A stretch of DNA of 64,000 bases from Candidatus Marinacidobacterales bacterium (GTDB lineage Bacteria > Acidobacteriota > Vicinamibacteria > Marinacidobacterales > SMYC01). Made by a program: the position numbers and the translations under genes. The stretch lies in NCBI GenBank assembly GCA_965237955.1, contig OZ250169.1, forward strand, positions 2,848,001 through 2,912,000, given 5' to 3'. The notes below the pieces were generated by a model. The model ran no database searches. It was not told the origin of the DNA and saw only the letters and a list, made by a program, of their open reading frames with translations. Shown piece by piece: positions 33,896 to 44,007 of the stretch; positions within the stretch are counted from its first letter, which is position 1; each line of letters starts with the position of its first letter.

Positions 33896-34980
33896 GGCGT
33901 TGTTGCACCGCTCTGGCTGAGAGCGAATTCCGCCTATGGTGGTGGCCGAGGTATGTTCGAGCATGAAGTATCCCAAGCGCTGCCAGTACAAGCACGCGAA
34001 GCAGAAGAAGTACCACGTTCGCAACTGGGCGGAATACAACGAAGGGCTGCGCCGCCGGGGCGATTTGACAGTCTGGTTTGACGAGGAGGCAATCGCGAAC
34101 TGGAAGGCCGACAAGACCGGTAAGCCTGGCGGTCAACGGGTCTATTCAGACATGGCGATTGAAACGGGCCTGGTTGTCCGGATGGTGTACAAGCTCGCCT
34201 ACCGACAAACCGAAGGCTTCTTGCACTCGATCGCCTCGCTTCTCGGACTCGGTATCGAGATCCCGGACTACTCGACGTTGTGTCGGCGCTCGAGGTTGCT
34301 CCGCAAGAAGCTGCGGATTCCGAAAGCCGCGAGCACTCAACCCATCCACCTGATGATCGATAGCACGGGCTTGAGGATTCATGTTGGAAACGCTCGCAAA
34401 CCGCCAAAGCAGCGCGCATGGCGCAAGTTGCACATCGCCGTTGATCGCGAGACAGGGAACATTGTTGCGTCCAAACTGACGGCGTCACGAGCTCGCGACG
34501 CAACCCGAGTCCCCGCTTTGCTAACACAGATTCAAGCACCTCTAGTGTCGGTGGCGGCGGACAGTGCATACGACAAGGAAGCGGTCTACGAAGCCATCGA
34601 AGCGCACAGTCCTGGACGAAGGACGCGCGTGGTGATTCCGCCGCAACGAAACGCGACGCTCAGTCAGAATTCGAACACCGCCATGCAGGAGCGCGATCGC
34701 CATATTCGTGCAATCGAAAGACACGGCCGACGTGAATGGTACAAGCTCTCAGGCTACACCAAGCGAAGCATGGTGGAGAACGCGGTCTATCGTTACAAGG
34801 CGATCATCGGGCCGGAGATGCGGGCTCGAACGTTGGCGAGGCAACGAGTTGAACACCGAATTGGGTGCGAGATACTCAACAAGATGGCTGCGCTCGGGAT
34901 GCCCGATACGTACTGCGCCGGGTGACTCTGCAACCGGCACAGGGAGGTCAGCGATTTGCTCCGGGCCGTGCAACAACGCC
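33896..34980 (+). mobile_element. IS5-family (IS903-like) element
   Basis: IR GGCGTTGTTGCAC; no TSD seen. Confidence 0.92.
33963..34925 (+). CDS. IS5-family transposase
   Basis: NWAEYNEGLRRRGDLTVW, IPDYSTL, IDSTG, WRKLH, ADSAYD, RSMVE. Confidence 0.95.
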   Translation: MKYPKRCQYKHAKQKKYHVRNWAEYNEGLRRRGDLTVWFDEEAIANWKADKTGKPGGQRVYSDMAIETGLVVRMVYKLAYRQTEGFLHSIASLLGLGIEIPDYSTLCRRSRLLRKKLRIPKAASTQPIHLMIDSTGLRIHVGNARKPPKQRAWRKLHIAVDRETGNIVASKLTASRARDATRVPALLTQIQAPLVSVAADSAYDKEAVYEAIEAHSPGRRTRVVIPPQRNATLSQNSNTAMQERDRHIRAIERHGRREWYKLSGYTKRSMVENAVYRYKAIIGPEMRARTLARQRVEHRIGCEILNKMAALGMPDTYCAG

Positions 34981-35006
34981 GCCTCGTCCTTGGATTGCCC
35001 CGTGGT

Positions 35007-37040
35007 CTATTTCGACAGATTGTTCAGCGTCCAGCGGCCACTTATGGCGGTTTCATGAAGCGCGCTCCACTCGTCGTCGGTGCGGATGCGCGCCTTGAGC
35101 ACTTGTCCTGCTTCCGCCTCGATGGCGCCGCCATCCACGACGGTGAGGGCTGACGGTGCGACTGCACCGCCCGGCGATCGTGGATCGGTTCCTTCGAGGG
35201 TGTAGTAAATGACGCCGGCGCGATTCGGATTGACCGCGCGCGGTTGTGCATCCCCACCCTCGGCTCCGTCTATCTCGGGGGGATCGCTCGTGGGGTAGTA
35301 GCCTGCTTGTCTCAAGACGTTGATGAAATGCTCGGCGTTACCGGTCATCATGCGGATGACACGCTCGACTTCGACTCGAAAGCTTCTGTCACGCGTTTGC
35401 GTCGGCTGTCCGACAGGCGCCAGCGTATCTCCCCAGCGTGCTGACTCGGCGATGACGGCGGAATCGATGACATCAACGAGGCGCCGCCAGCGAGCGATCG
35501 AGCTCTCGTCCGTGAGCGCGCCACCGTGGAAACAGTGTTTATTCACGCGATCCGCGAACAGCGTCATGAAATCGCGATTCCGCGTAAGAGAGTGCCAGAT
35601 TCCAATCATTCCCGGGGATTTGGAGAACGCATCGGGGCGAAAAAACTTGTGGATTAACGCCGAGGGCTCAGGACCCGCGTTCCAGCTGTACTCGGTGTCC
35701 CACATGAAAAACAGGGCCGGCTCGGGGGGCTGGGTACGGTGCCCGGCGTACCAGTTTCTGTCCGGCGCCCAATCGTCCAGCCTCCCGTACCAGGCAAGGA
35801 TCAAGTAGTCGGAGAACTGGGTGACGTCGAGATACTCCGTCAGCTCGCGGTAGTTCTCCGGATCGCGCATGTCTTTGTTCTTCAGCTCCCCGCGCAGATA
35901 GTCCCAGCGGCGGCTGTCGCCGGAGAGGGTGCCGTGATGACTCACAGCATGCCAGTCCCCTCTCTCTCCACCGAGATGACCAGACGTAAACGACGCATCA
36001 GGACGCTCGACGGCGTTATAGAGCCCCCAATAGAGACCGTTGAGGTACAAGTGCACAAAGGTGCCGTGAGACCCGACGCCACTCATCGCGATCTGGGAGT
36101 CGCGAAACCACTGGTCGCGAGTGAAGGTGACGTGAGCAGGATCTTGCTTCGCCCAGGAACGCGTGTTTCCCGAGCGCAATACGATGCGGTCGAACTCCGT
36201 GATCGCAGAATCACCGTTCAGTGGCGCATCTCTGAAGATGGACGATTCGAGCTTGCCGGGGCCGTACTCTTTCTGGAATTTCAGCCTCAAGGCCCGCTTG
36301 GCGCTGTACGTGCCGTGGGGCTGGAGGGCGCAATCGATCTGAAACCCCCTGCCGGGCTGTCCGGGATAAATCAGCTCCACCGAGGCGGGCCGCGTCGTGC
36401 CGACCCCAGGTCTGCCGAAATACACGCCGCTTTTCTCGTAGTCATGCCGGCGACCGTCGGGCGTCATCACCTGCCGGAACAGGTGCTCCTTGTCGGTCAC
36501 GATCGATATCGTGGGTATGGACTTCAGTGCCGGTGCGATCTCATCGCGATAAGCCGGGTGATTGACGATCGCCGGATCCATTCCGTAGTCCATCTGCACC
36601 CAGCCCGCACGTCCCTCGATATCGATGATGGGGTAGCCTTCGATCTCGCGTGGCTGTTTCAAGACATCGGCGATAAAAATGTAGGTCTGGGTGTCGACGT
36701 TGGTCGGCTCCAACCCCTCCTTGTAGGCTGTGGCGCGGAGCGTCGTCGTCGTCTCGATGCGGACGGCAACGGGGTTCGAGTCCCCGAGCCCGTGAGTCTC
36801 GCTGGGGGCGCTGCCATCCGTCGTATATCGGACCTTCGCACCCGGGGTCTTCGATCGAACGAGCTGGAGGAAAGGTGCCGAGTAGAACCCGCGTCGATAC
36901 TTGAAGCGCGTGTCCTTGACTTTCTCCGCTGCCGCGGGCCCCGGCGACAGAAACGCGGCGCAGGCGACGAGGAGCAGGAGAATCGGCTTCACTAAACAGA
37001 TCCGAAGTGGCTTCCGCGAAGAAGCCCGAAATAGTGACAT
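35007..37040 (-). CDS. Secreted CotH kinase family protein (paralogue of 7294-9267)
   Basis: VRYTTDGSAP; FVHLYLNGLYWGLYNAVERPD; DWAPDRNW; FFMWDTE; AESARWGD. Confidence 0.9.
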   Translation of the reverse strand: MSLFRASSRKPLRICLVKPILLLLVACAAFLSPGPAAAEKVKDTRFKYRRGFYSAPFLQLVRSKTPGAKVRYTTDGSAPSETHGLGDSNPVAVRIETTTTLRATAYKEGLEPTNVDTQTYIFIADVLKQPREIEGYPIIDIEGRAGWVQMDYGMDPAIVNHPAYRDEIAPALKSIPTISIVTDKEHLFRQVMTPDGRRHDYEKSGVYFGRPGVGTTRPASVELIYPGQPGRGFQIDCALQPHGTYSAKRALRLKFQKEYGPGKLESSIFRDAPLNGDSAITEFDRIVLRSGNTRSWAKQDPAHVTFTRDQWFRDSQIAMSGVGSHGTFVHLYLNGLYWGLYNAVERPDASFTSGHLGGERGDWHAVSHHGTLSGDSRRWDYLRGELKNKDMRDPENYRELTEYLDVTQFSDYLILAWYGRLDDWAPDRNWYAGHRTQPPEPALFFMWDTEYSWNAGPEPSALIHKFFRPDAFSKSPGMIGIWHSLTRNRDFMTLFADRVNKHCFHGGALTDESSIARWRRLVDVIDSAVIAESARWGDTLAPVGQPTQTRDRSFRVEVERVIRMMTGNAEHFINVLRQAGYYPTSDPPEIDGAEGGDAQPRAVNPNRAGVIYYTLEGTDPRSPGGAVAPSALTVVDGGAIEAEAGQVLKARIRTDDEWSALHETAISGRWTLNNLSK

Positions 37041-37140
37041 CCATAATTCCGGATCATTAGTGAATTATATCCTTTGACTGGTATTGTCAAGTTGACGTTG
37101 AGCGAGCGAACCTATCGCGTCGAGCTGACTTCCTTTGCTC

Positions 37141-37695
37141 TCATCGGACGGCACAGGTTACCTCCTGCCAGACGATGAAAGCGCGGTCTCGTAGCTCCCG
37201 ATGATGATGCGCTTGCAACAAATGCCGTCCGACGCGAAAGATATTTTGCACGAGTCCATGCACGGTCAAGAATCGTTGCGCCTGCCCAGGAGCTTTAAAC
37301 TTCCGCATCTGTCGTTCCCGTTGTCGCGTCGGTTCGTGCGAGACTTCGGCTAGGTTGTTTCTGTACTGGTCAGTGTCGTGGACGACGGACGGCATGACCT
37401 CGCGGTGAGCGGCGCTGTAGCTTCTCAGTTTGTCGGTGACCAGCTGCCAGGGCGGACGGCCTTGCCCCTTCAACAGCTTGCGGAAGAATCGTTTGGCGGC
37501 TTTCTGATCACGGCGAGGCTGGACGAGGATATCGATTACATCACCATCTTGGTCTACCGCGCGCCAGAGGTATTGGCGTTCACCTTGTATCTTTATGAAG
37601 ACCTCGTCCAGGTGCCATGTGTCACCGAGACGACCCTGCCGACGCTTCAGTCGTCGAGCGTATTCCGGCCCGAACTTTATGCACCACAGTCGGAC
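37141..37695 (-). pseudogene. IS6-family transposase, 5' part removed by IS5
   Basis: WHLDEVF...YLWRAVDQDG...VTDKLRSY...NNLAEVSH. Confidence 0.92.
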
Positions 37696-38781
37696 GGCGT
37701 TGTTGCACGGCCCGGAGCAAATCGCTGACCTCCCTGATGCCGGTCGCTGAGTCACCCGGCGCAGTACGTATCGGGCATCCCGAGCGCGGCCATCTTGTTG
37801 AGTATCTCGCACCCAATTCGGTGTTCAACTCGTTGCCTCGCCAACGTTCGTGCTCGCATCTCCGACCCGATGATCGCTTTGTAACGATAGACCGCGTTCT
37901 CCACCATGCTTCGCTTGGTGAAGCCTGAGAGCTTGTACCATTCACGTCGGCCGTGTCTTTCGATTGCACGAATATGGCGATCGCGCTCCCGCATGGCGGT
38001 GTTCGAATTCTGACTGAGCGTCGCGTTTCGTTGCGGCGGAATCACCACGCGCGTCCTTCGTCCAGGGCTGTGCGCTTCGATGGCTTTGTAGACCGTTTCC
38101 TTGTCGTATGCACTGTCCGCCGCCACCCACGCTAGAGGTGCTTGAATCTGTGTTAGCAAAGCGGGGACTCGGGTTGCGTCGCGAGCGCGTGACGCCGTCA
38201 GTTCGGAGGCAACAATGGTGCCCGTCTTGCGATCAACGGCGATGTGCAACTTGCGCCATGCGCGCAGCTTTGGCGGTTTGCGGGCGGTTCCAACATGAAT
38301 CCTCAAGCCCGTGCTATCGATCATCAGGTGGATGGGTTGGTTGCTTGCGGCTTTCGGAATCCGCAGCTTCTTGCGGAGCAGCCTCGAGCGCCGAGACAAC
38401 GTCGAGTAGTCCGGGATTTCGATACCGAGCCCGAGAAGCAAGGCGATCGAGTGCAAGAAGCCTTCAGTTTGGCGGTAGGCGAGCTTGTACACCATCCGGA
38501 CAACCAGGCCCGTTTCAATCGCCATGTCTGAATAGACCCGTTGGCCGCCAGGCTTACCGGTCTTGTCGGCCTTCCAGTTCGCGATTGCCTCCTCGTCAAA
38601 CCAGACTGTCAAATCGCCTCGGCGGCGCAGCCCTTGGTTGTATTCCGCCCAGTTGCGAACGTGGTACTTCTTCTGCTTCGCGTGCTTGTACTGGCAACGC
38701 TTGGGATACTTCATGGCCGAACATACCTCAGCCAGCACAAGATGCGGATTTTGCTCTCAGCCAGAGCGGTGCAACAACGCC
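37696..38781 (-). mobile_element. IS5-family element, second copy (transposase 37752-38714)
   Basis: Same IRs; slightly diverged protein. Confidence 0.92.
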
Positions 38782-38838
38782 GAGAAAAGGCCTCGAATCT
38801 CCTGAGAATTCGATATAAAGCCTTTTGAACTGAAACGG

Positions 38839-38926
38839 AAAGTGTGCCACTCTTGGTTGGAAATTGGAGGAAGGTCGCAGGAAAAATCGTGAGCCGTGGA
38901 GAGTTTCAACTAAGCATCGTACGCGC
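38839..38926. mobile_element. ~88-bp internally deleted derivative of the 44008-45441 IS256
   Basis: gtgtgccactcttggttggaaatt (left IR-like) joined to gtttcaactaagcatcgtacgcgc (right IR); related copy at ~51535-51600. Confidence 0.7.
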
Positions 38927-38984
38927 AGGGCTCGCGATCTATCTGGGTAGAAACTCCAGTGCTGCATGGAGCGTCCGTTTCATA

Positions 38985-39155
38985 CAATAGCGGGAGCATC
39001 CGGGAACCGAGGCCGACTCAACACTGGTGCGATCCAGCCCGTAACTAAGCATGGCCCGGGGATGTTTCGGCACTGTCAGTGGTGACACGCGTGAGCGTGA
39101 TCCCGTTTAGGAGAATGTAACGAATGCCCATCCCTGTTCCCGGATGCTTCACGAA
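38985..39155 (+). ncRNA. Putative IS110 bridge RNA in the left non-coding end (identical copy at ~45500-45670)
   Basis: Follows a TACAAT -10-like box; closed by the stem GCATCCGGGAAC / GTTCCCGGATGC; contains TTAGGAG identical to the element's right terminus. Confidence 0.55.
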
Positions 39156-39157
39156 GT

Positions 39158-40561
39158 ATGAAGGAGCATCTGATGAAGCACAATCGTCGTCAACCCAAGA
39201 AGCGGACTTCTCCATCCCTGCTGAAGCAAATCAACGTGAATGTCGCTGGGATCGATTGCGGCTCGGCCGAGCATTTCGTCGCAGTTCCACCGGAGCGCGA
39301 TCCTAAACCGATCCGTTCCTTCAGGAGTTTCACGGCCGATCTTCATCGGCTCGCCGACTGGCTCGCGACTTGCGGCGTGACGAGCATCGCGATGGAGTCG
39401 ACCGGCGTCTACTGGATCGCACTGTATGAAATCCTCGAAGCCCGTGGCTTCCAGGTCCTCTTGGTCAACGCGCGCCACGTCAAAAACGTCCCGGGGCGCA
39501 AGAGCGATGTCAGCGATTGCGAATGGCTCCGGGAGTTGCACAGCGTGGGGTTGCTCCGCGGAAGCTTTCGACCCGAAGCAGCCATCACCGCCCTTCGTGG
39601 CTACCTCCGCCACCGAGAGACTCTCGTTCAGAGTGCGGTAACCCATATCCAGCGCATGCAGAAGGCTCTCGTGCAAATGAATCTTCAACTCCACCTTGTG
39701 GTCACTGATATCACGGGTGTCACTGGCATGCGGATTCTACGAGACATCGTTGCCGGACAAACCGACCCCCATCGGCTCGCTAAGCACCGTGACCACCGTT
39801 GTCAGTCCTCCGAGGCCGAGATCGCCGCTGCACTCACCGGCAACTATCGCCCCGAGCACCTCTTCGCTCTCAAGCAGAACCTCGAACTCTTTGATGCTTT
39901 TCAGCTCCAGATCCAAACCTGTGACGTGGCCATCGAATCGCACCTGCAGCTTCTAGCTCAACGCTCAACCCCGAACACCTCCTTGCCACCGCCTCGAAAA
40001 TCGCGCAAGCCCCGAGTGAACGAACCTCGGTTCGAGCTCCGGCCTCTCCTCCACCAGATCGCCGGGGTCGACCTCTCCCAGATCGACGCCATCGGACCCT
40101 ATTCCGCGCTTCGCTTGCTCGCCGAGATCGGTACCGATATGAACCGATGGCCTACTGAAAAGCACTTCACTTCCTGGCTTACCCTCGCGCCCAATAACAA
40201 AATCTCCGGCGGGCGACTCCTCAGCTCGAAAACACAACCCTCTGCAAACCGCGCCGCTGGCATTCTCCGCATGGCCGCACTCAGCCTCGGGCGTACACAG
40301 ACCGCTCTCGGCGCCTACTATCGACGTCTCGCCTATCGCGTCGGTAAATCCAAAGCCATCACCGCCACCGCTCGAAAGCTCGCCATTCTCGTCTACCGCA
40401 CTCTCAAGGATGGGCTCGTCTATCAAGACCCCGGGGCCGCCGCCTACAACGCTCAAGATCGCTCCCGTGCCGTGCGCCGCCTGACCCAACGCGCCGCTGA
40501 CCTCGGTTTCGCTCTCATCGACACTCAAACGGGCGACGTCGTTCAGGCGGTAGTTTCTTAG
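39158..40561 (+). CDS. IS110-family transposase, copy 1
   Basis: AGIDCG, AMESTGVYW, GRKSDVSDCEW, TSWLTLAPNNKISGG. Confidence 0.97.
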   Translation: MKEHLMKHNRRQPKKRTSPSLLKQINVNVAGIDCGSAEHFVAVPPERDPKPIRSFRSFTADLHRLADWLATCGVTSIAMESTGVYWIALYEILEARGFQVLLVNARHVKNVPGRKSDVSDCEWLRELHSVGLLRGSFRPEAAITALRGYLRHRETLVQSAVTHIQRMQKALVQMNLQLHLVVTDITGVTGMRILRDIVAGQTDPHRLAKHRDHRCQSSEAEIAAALTGNYRPEHLFALKQNLELFDAFQLQIQTCDVAIESHLQLLAQRSTPNTSLPPPRKSRKPRVNEPRFELRPLLHQIAGVDLSQIDAIGPYSALRLLAEIGTDMNRWPTEKHFTSWLTLAPNNKISGGRLLSSKTQPSANRAAGILRMAALSLGRTQTALGAYYRRLAYRVGKSKAITATARKLAILVYRTLKDGLVYQDPGAAAYNAQDRSRAVRRLTQRAADLGFALIDTQTGDVVQAVVS

Positions 40562-40605
40562 GAGAAAGGGCGTGACTCCTGAAACGTTCAACCGGAAGGT
40601 CGCGA

Positions 40606-42153
40606 TTGAAGTTCCATTATAAGACTCTTATTACATTAGCGGTCGTGGCATTTGCAGTTTCCTCTTTGTCCCTCGCCCAGACCTTCGAAGAGCGCGGGGC
40701 CGAGATTCTGGGAGACATTGGCAACGAGTTCGCGCGAAGCGGATCGTTCGCCGATTATGACAATGATGGCGACCCCGATCTTTTCATTCAGGGCAGCGTC
40801 CAGGCACAGCGACTGTTGCGAAACAACACCATCGGTTCGGGCAGTGCCACCTTCACCGACGTCACTGTCGAAGTTGGGCTCGACAACTTGGACCAGCAAG
40901 GATGGAGCTCCGCCTGGGGGGACTACGATGGCGACGGGGACGTCGACCTTTTCCTCGGCCAGGAGCATTCCGGCAATGGAGACACCCGTGGCGATCTGTT
41001 CAGAAACCTCCGTATGGAGGGCGGGACCGGTTTCACGAATTTTAGCGCACCGACCGGACTCGACGACGCTGACTGGACTGACAACCTCGCTTGGGTCGAT
41101 ATCGATCAGGACGGGGACCTGGATCTCCTGGTCCTCAAGGAACTCGCGCCGCATGAGCTCTACGAGCAATTCGCGCCGGGGCAGTTCCGTCCGATCGGCG
41201 AGCAGACCGGTTTCGCCGATCCAACCTCCCATGGTTACGGTTTGGCCATCGGCGATTATGACGGAGACCGGGACCTCGATATCTATATCTCAACCTGCCT
41301 GATTGGGAACCGTATTCCGAATACCTTCTTCGAAAACCAGCTCAGCGATACGGGCGTTCTTCAGTTTCTTGACGTCACCGACCGCACGGGCACACAGTTC
41401 CTTCCGAATAGTTACGGTACGCAGTTCGCTGATTTCGACGACGACGGCGATTTGGATCTTTACTTGATAGGGGCCCAAGGGAATCCAAACGCAATCTGGC
41501 GGAATGAGGGAGACGGAACGTTCGCCGAAGTTCTCGGCATTGGGGGAGACGTAGTTCTCTACCAACCGTCCACGACGTTATCAGTCGGCGGGCAAGCGGC
41601 GGACTACGACAATGATGGCGATCTCGACCTGCTCTTTCAGGATCAAGCGGGTCCCGTTGGACGATGGCTCTTCCGGAACGATGGCGACTGGCTGTTTACT
41701 CCCGTATCGACCCAGGAGGGCCTTCGGACGCAAGCCGACGGCGGCTTCGACAGCACCTTTGTGGACTACGACCTCGACGGAGATCTCGACTTGTTTGCCT
41801 CAACGGACGCGGGCGTGCCTCAGCGATTCTTTGTCAGTAACGCCTCGACGAACGGAAACCAGTGGTTGTATGTTCGCCTCAAAGGCACCGAAAAGAACCC
41901 CACCGGTATCGGAGCTCAAGTCTACGCGACTATTTCACAAGGCACGCCCCAGGAGCGAACCCTCAGGCGCGATACCTTTCTGATGGTGGGCACGTTTCAT
42001 CATGACGACCTGCCGGTTCACATTGGTTTGGGAGCGGCCCAGGTAGTGGATGAGCTTCGAATTGTCTGGCCTAACGGCGTGACTCAGGTGCTCACGAACG
42101 TTTCGGCCGGTCAGTATCTGGAAGTAACGATTCCTAGTGCTGGAACCGGCTGA
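40606..42153 (+). CDS. CRTAC1-family secreted FG-GAP repeat protein with ASPIC/UnbV domain
   Basis: Signal peptide; seven DxDxDGDxD repeats; WLYVRLKG...NPTGIGAQV...VHIGLG...IVWPNG. Confidence 0.93.
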   Translation: MKFHYKTLITLAVVAFAVSSLSLAQTFEERGAEILGDIGNEFARSGSFADYDNDGDPDLFIQGSVQAQRLLRNNTIGSGSATFTDVTVEVGLDNLDQQGWSSAWGDYDGDGDVDLFLGQEHSGNGDTRGDLFRNLRMEGGTGFTNFSAPTGLDDADWTDNLAWVDIDQDGDLDLLVLKELAPHELYEQFAPGQFRPIGEQTGFADPTSHGYGLAIGDYDGDRDLDIYISTCLIGNRIPNTFFENQLSDTGVLQFLDVTDRTGTQFLPNSYGTQFADFDDDGDLDLYLIGAQGNPNAIWRNEGDGTFAEVLGIGGDVVLYQPSTTLSVGGQAADYDNDGDLDLLFQDQAGPVGRWLFRNDGDWLFTPVSTQEGLRTQADGGFDSTFVDYDLDGDLDLFASTDAGVPQRFFVSNASTNGNQWLYVRLKGTEKNPTGIGAQVYATISQGTPQERTLRRDTFLMVGTFHHDDLPVHIGLGAAQVVDELRIVWPNGVTQVLTNVSAGQYLEVTIPSAGTG

Positions 42154-42252
42154 TCCTGTCGGCAAAGGCCGAGGTGGATCGTCTACGAGACGCGAAAGGC
42201 GCCAAGCGGATCTTCGAATCGACGAAAGCGTCTCGAGGGCGATCGTTCCCCG

Positions 42253-42444
42253 CTAGCGCGATCCGTTCTCCGTAACCGTTTCCGTGGACGTCTGCTCGTA
42301 TTCGATCCGGAAGGAAGGCGGATCGCCTCCAGGTCCGTTCAAGTAATGCTCCATCCAGCGGAGCGTCCTCAAGCTGCGGTCGAGCCGTGAAGCGGCACGG
42401 TTGTTTGCGTGTCCTTCGCCTCGGTAGAAAACGAGCCCAACCGG
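42253..42444 (-). pseudogene. S9-family peptidase C-terminal fragment
   Basis: LVFYRGEGHANNRAASRLDRSLRTLRWMEHYL. Confidence 0.7.
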
Positions 42445-42445
42445 C

Positions 42446-42795
42446 TGTGCCTCGTCAATAACCGTCCACGTTTGAAATCAGAGACTTACGCACCGCTGTC
42501 ACCCCGCCGGAGGAGGGGATCTCCGACTTGAGATTACGGGGCGGAAGAGCCACACTCCGCCGCTATGCTCCATGTTCTCGTATTCCTCGTCTCTCTCGGC
42601 GCCCGTGCGATCCGGGCGATGTGTCGGCGGCGAGCCGACCTCGTGATTGAAAACCTGGCTCTGCGGCAGCAGGTGACGGCGCTCAAACAGGAGCGACCCC
42701 GGCCACCGCTCGATGACACGGACCGAGCATTCTGGGTCGCGCTGCGGAGCTCGTGGCCGGCATGGGCGAGCCGCTTGGTGATCGTCAACGCAGTA
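42446..42795 (+). mobile_element. rve element (further family) left end and transposase N-terminus
   Basis: TGTGCCTCGTCAATAA end; RRADLVIENLALRQQV...DRAFWVAL. Confidence 0.8.
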
Positions 42796-42953
42796 CGCCA
42801 ACAACCGCAGCCCGCGCTTTTTTCAGGATCACTACGAGGAAGTCGAAGAGCGTGCCGGAGGCTGGCACCAGTTGGTTGGCAACTTCGTTACTTATACGCC
42901 CGCAGAGCCGGGCACCGGACAGTTCGCCGGAAGCGCGTTTCTCGGGACGGACG

Positions 42954-43358
42954 ATGACTCAATCCCCAGCTTGGCTGGAGTCGCTTGTCGACAACGTGGT
43001 CAACTGCATGGAAACAAGTGCTCCAGGCTCCGTGGGCTATCGATGGCTGAACGAGGATGATGAGTATTGGGAGGTTTTTGTCTTTTGGACTCCCGTCAAG
43101 TTGGTCGGGGGCGGTGTCGAGAGTGAGATTGTGTATCCGTTATTTTCGCTAGACTTGCAAGGGTTGAGCTCCTGTTTCGAGAAGGTGGAGGACTTCCGCT
43201 GGCAAGCACATGCGTTCAGCCCGCACGATCCTGAAGGCCCTAACGTCTGCATCGAGGGCATGCATCGAGGGCATCGCGTTTGCCTCCGAGTCCTCAGCGA
43301 ACCGCCGGAGGACGAAGAGCCCGGACTGGAGCTTGAAACACCATCCAAGGTGGAGTAG
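42954..43358 (+). CDS. Hypothetical protein
   Basis: 134-aa acidic ORF with natural-looking composition (PAWLESLVD...WEVFVF...IEGMHRGHRVCLRVLSEPP). Confidence 0.6.
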   Translation: MTQSPAWLESLVDNVVNCMETSAPGSVGYRWLNEDDEYWEVFVFWTPVKLVGGGVESEIVYPLFSLDLQGLSSCFEKVEDFRWQAHAFSPHDPEGPNVCIEGMHRGHRVCLRVLSEPPEDEEPGLELETPSKVE

Positions 43359-43643
43359 ACACTCTCGGCAACGCCCGTGGCGGGCTTCGGCCAACGTGCG
43401 GCGACCAAGGCCCCTGTAGAACTCGCGAAGACGTCTGGTCGGCGAGCTCTCCGAGAAACTGAAACGCCGACTCACCCCTTGAGTACGAAAGGGTCTGCTC
43501 GGCTCATTACAAAGCCGAGGTTCCGCCTGGCCAAGGACAAAGGCGCCGCATCGTCGCGAAGCGTCTAATGTCGAGGATTGACGTTTGTGGTTAACCCGCA
43601 ACCCCTAACTTTGCCCACATGTCACCCCACGGGAGGTTTTCGA

Positions 43644-43757
43644 GGCGTTGTTGCATAAATATTGGTAAGTCGTTGATTCTATTGACTCTGTAATTTTGGC
43701 CCCAAAAACGTAACTTGCTGATTCCTTTAGGTTTGTCGGGAATTATGCAACAACGCC
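43644..43757. mobile_element. 114-bp MITE with IS5 IRs
   Basis: GGCGTTGTTGCATAA...TTATGCAACAACGCC; interior homologous to 6708-6821. Confidence 0.9.
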
Positions 43758-44007
43758 GCGCGAAGGTCCAAGCCAGCCACTTGCTATGAAGCCGAAACCT
43801 CAACGGCGGAGGTTTCGAGAACGGCGTGTAAGTCTATGAGTTCAAGGGCGGACGCGTTTTGATGAACCACAGGCCTGTTGGTCACGCTGGATCCAACCAG
43901 CGACGGCGACGACCAAAAATGTCAAGGGTTGGATCGGCGTGCTCATGACGGAGGATTCTAGCTTCCCTTGGCGAACCAAGCGTAGACCCTACCGACTTTG
44001 GTCAAGA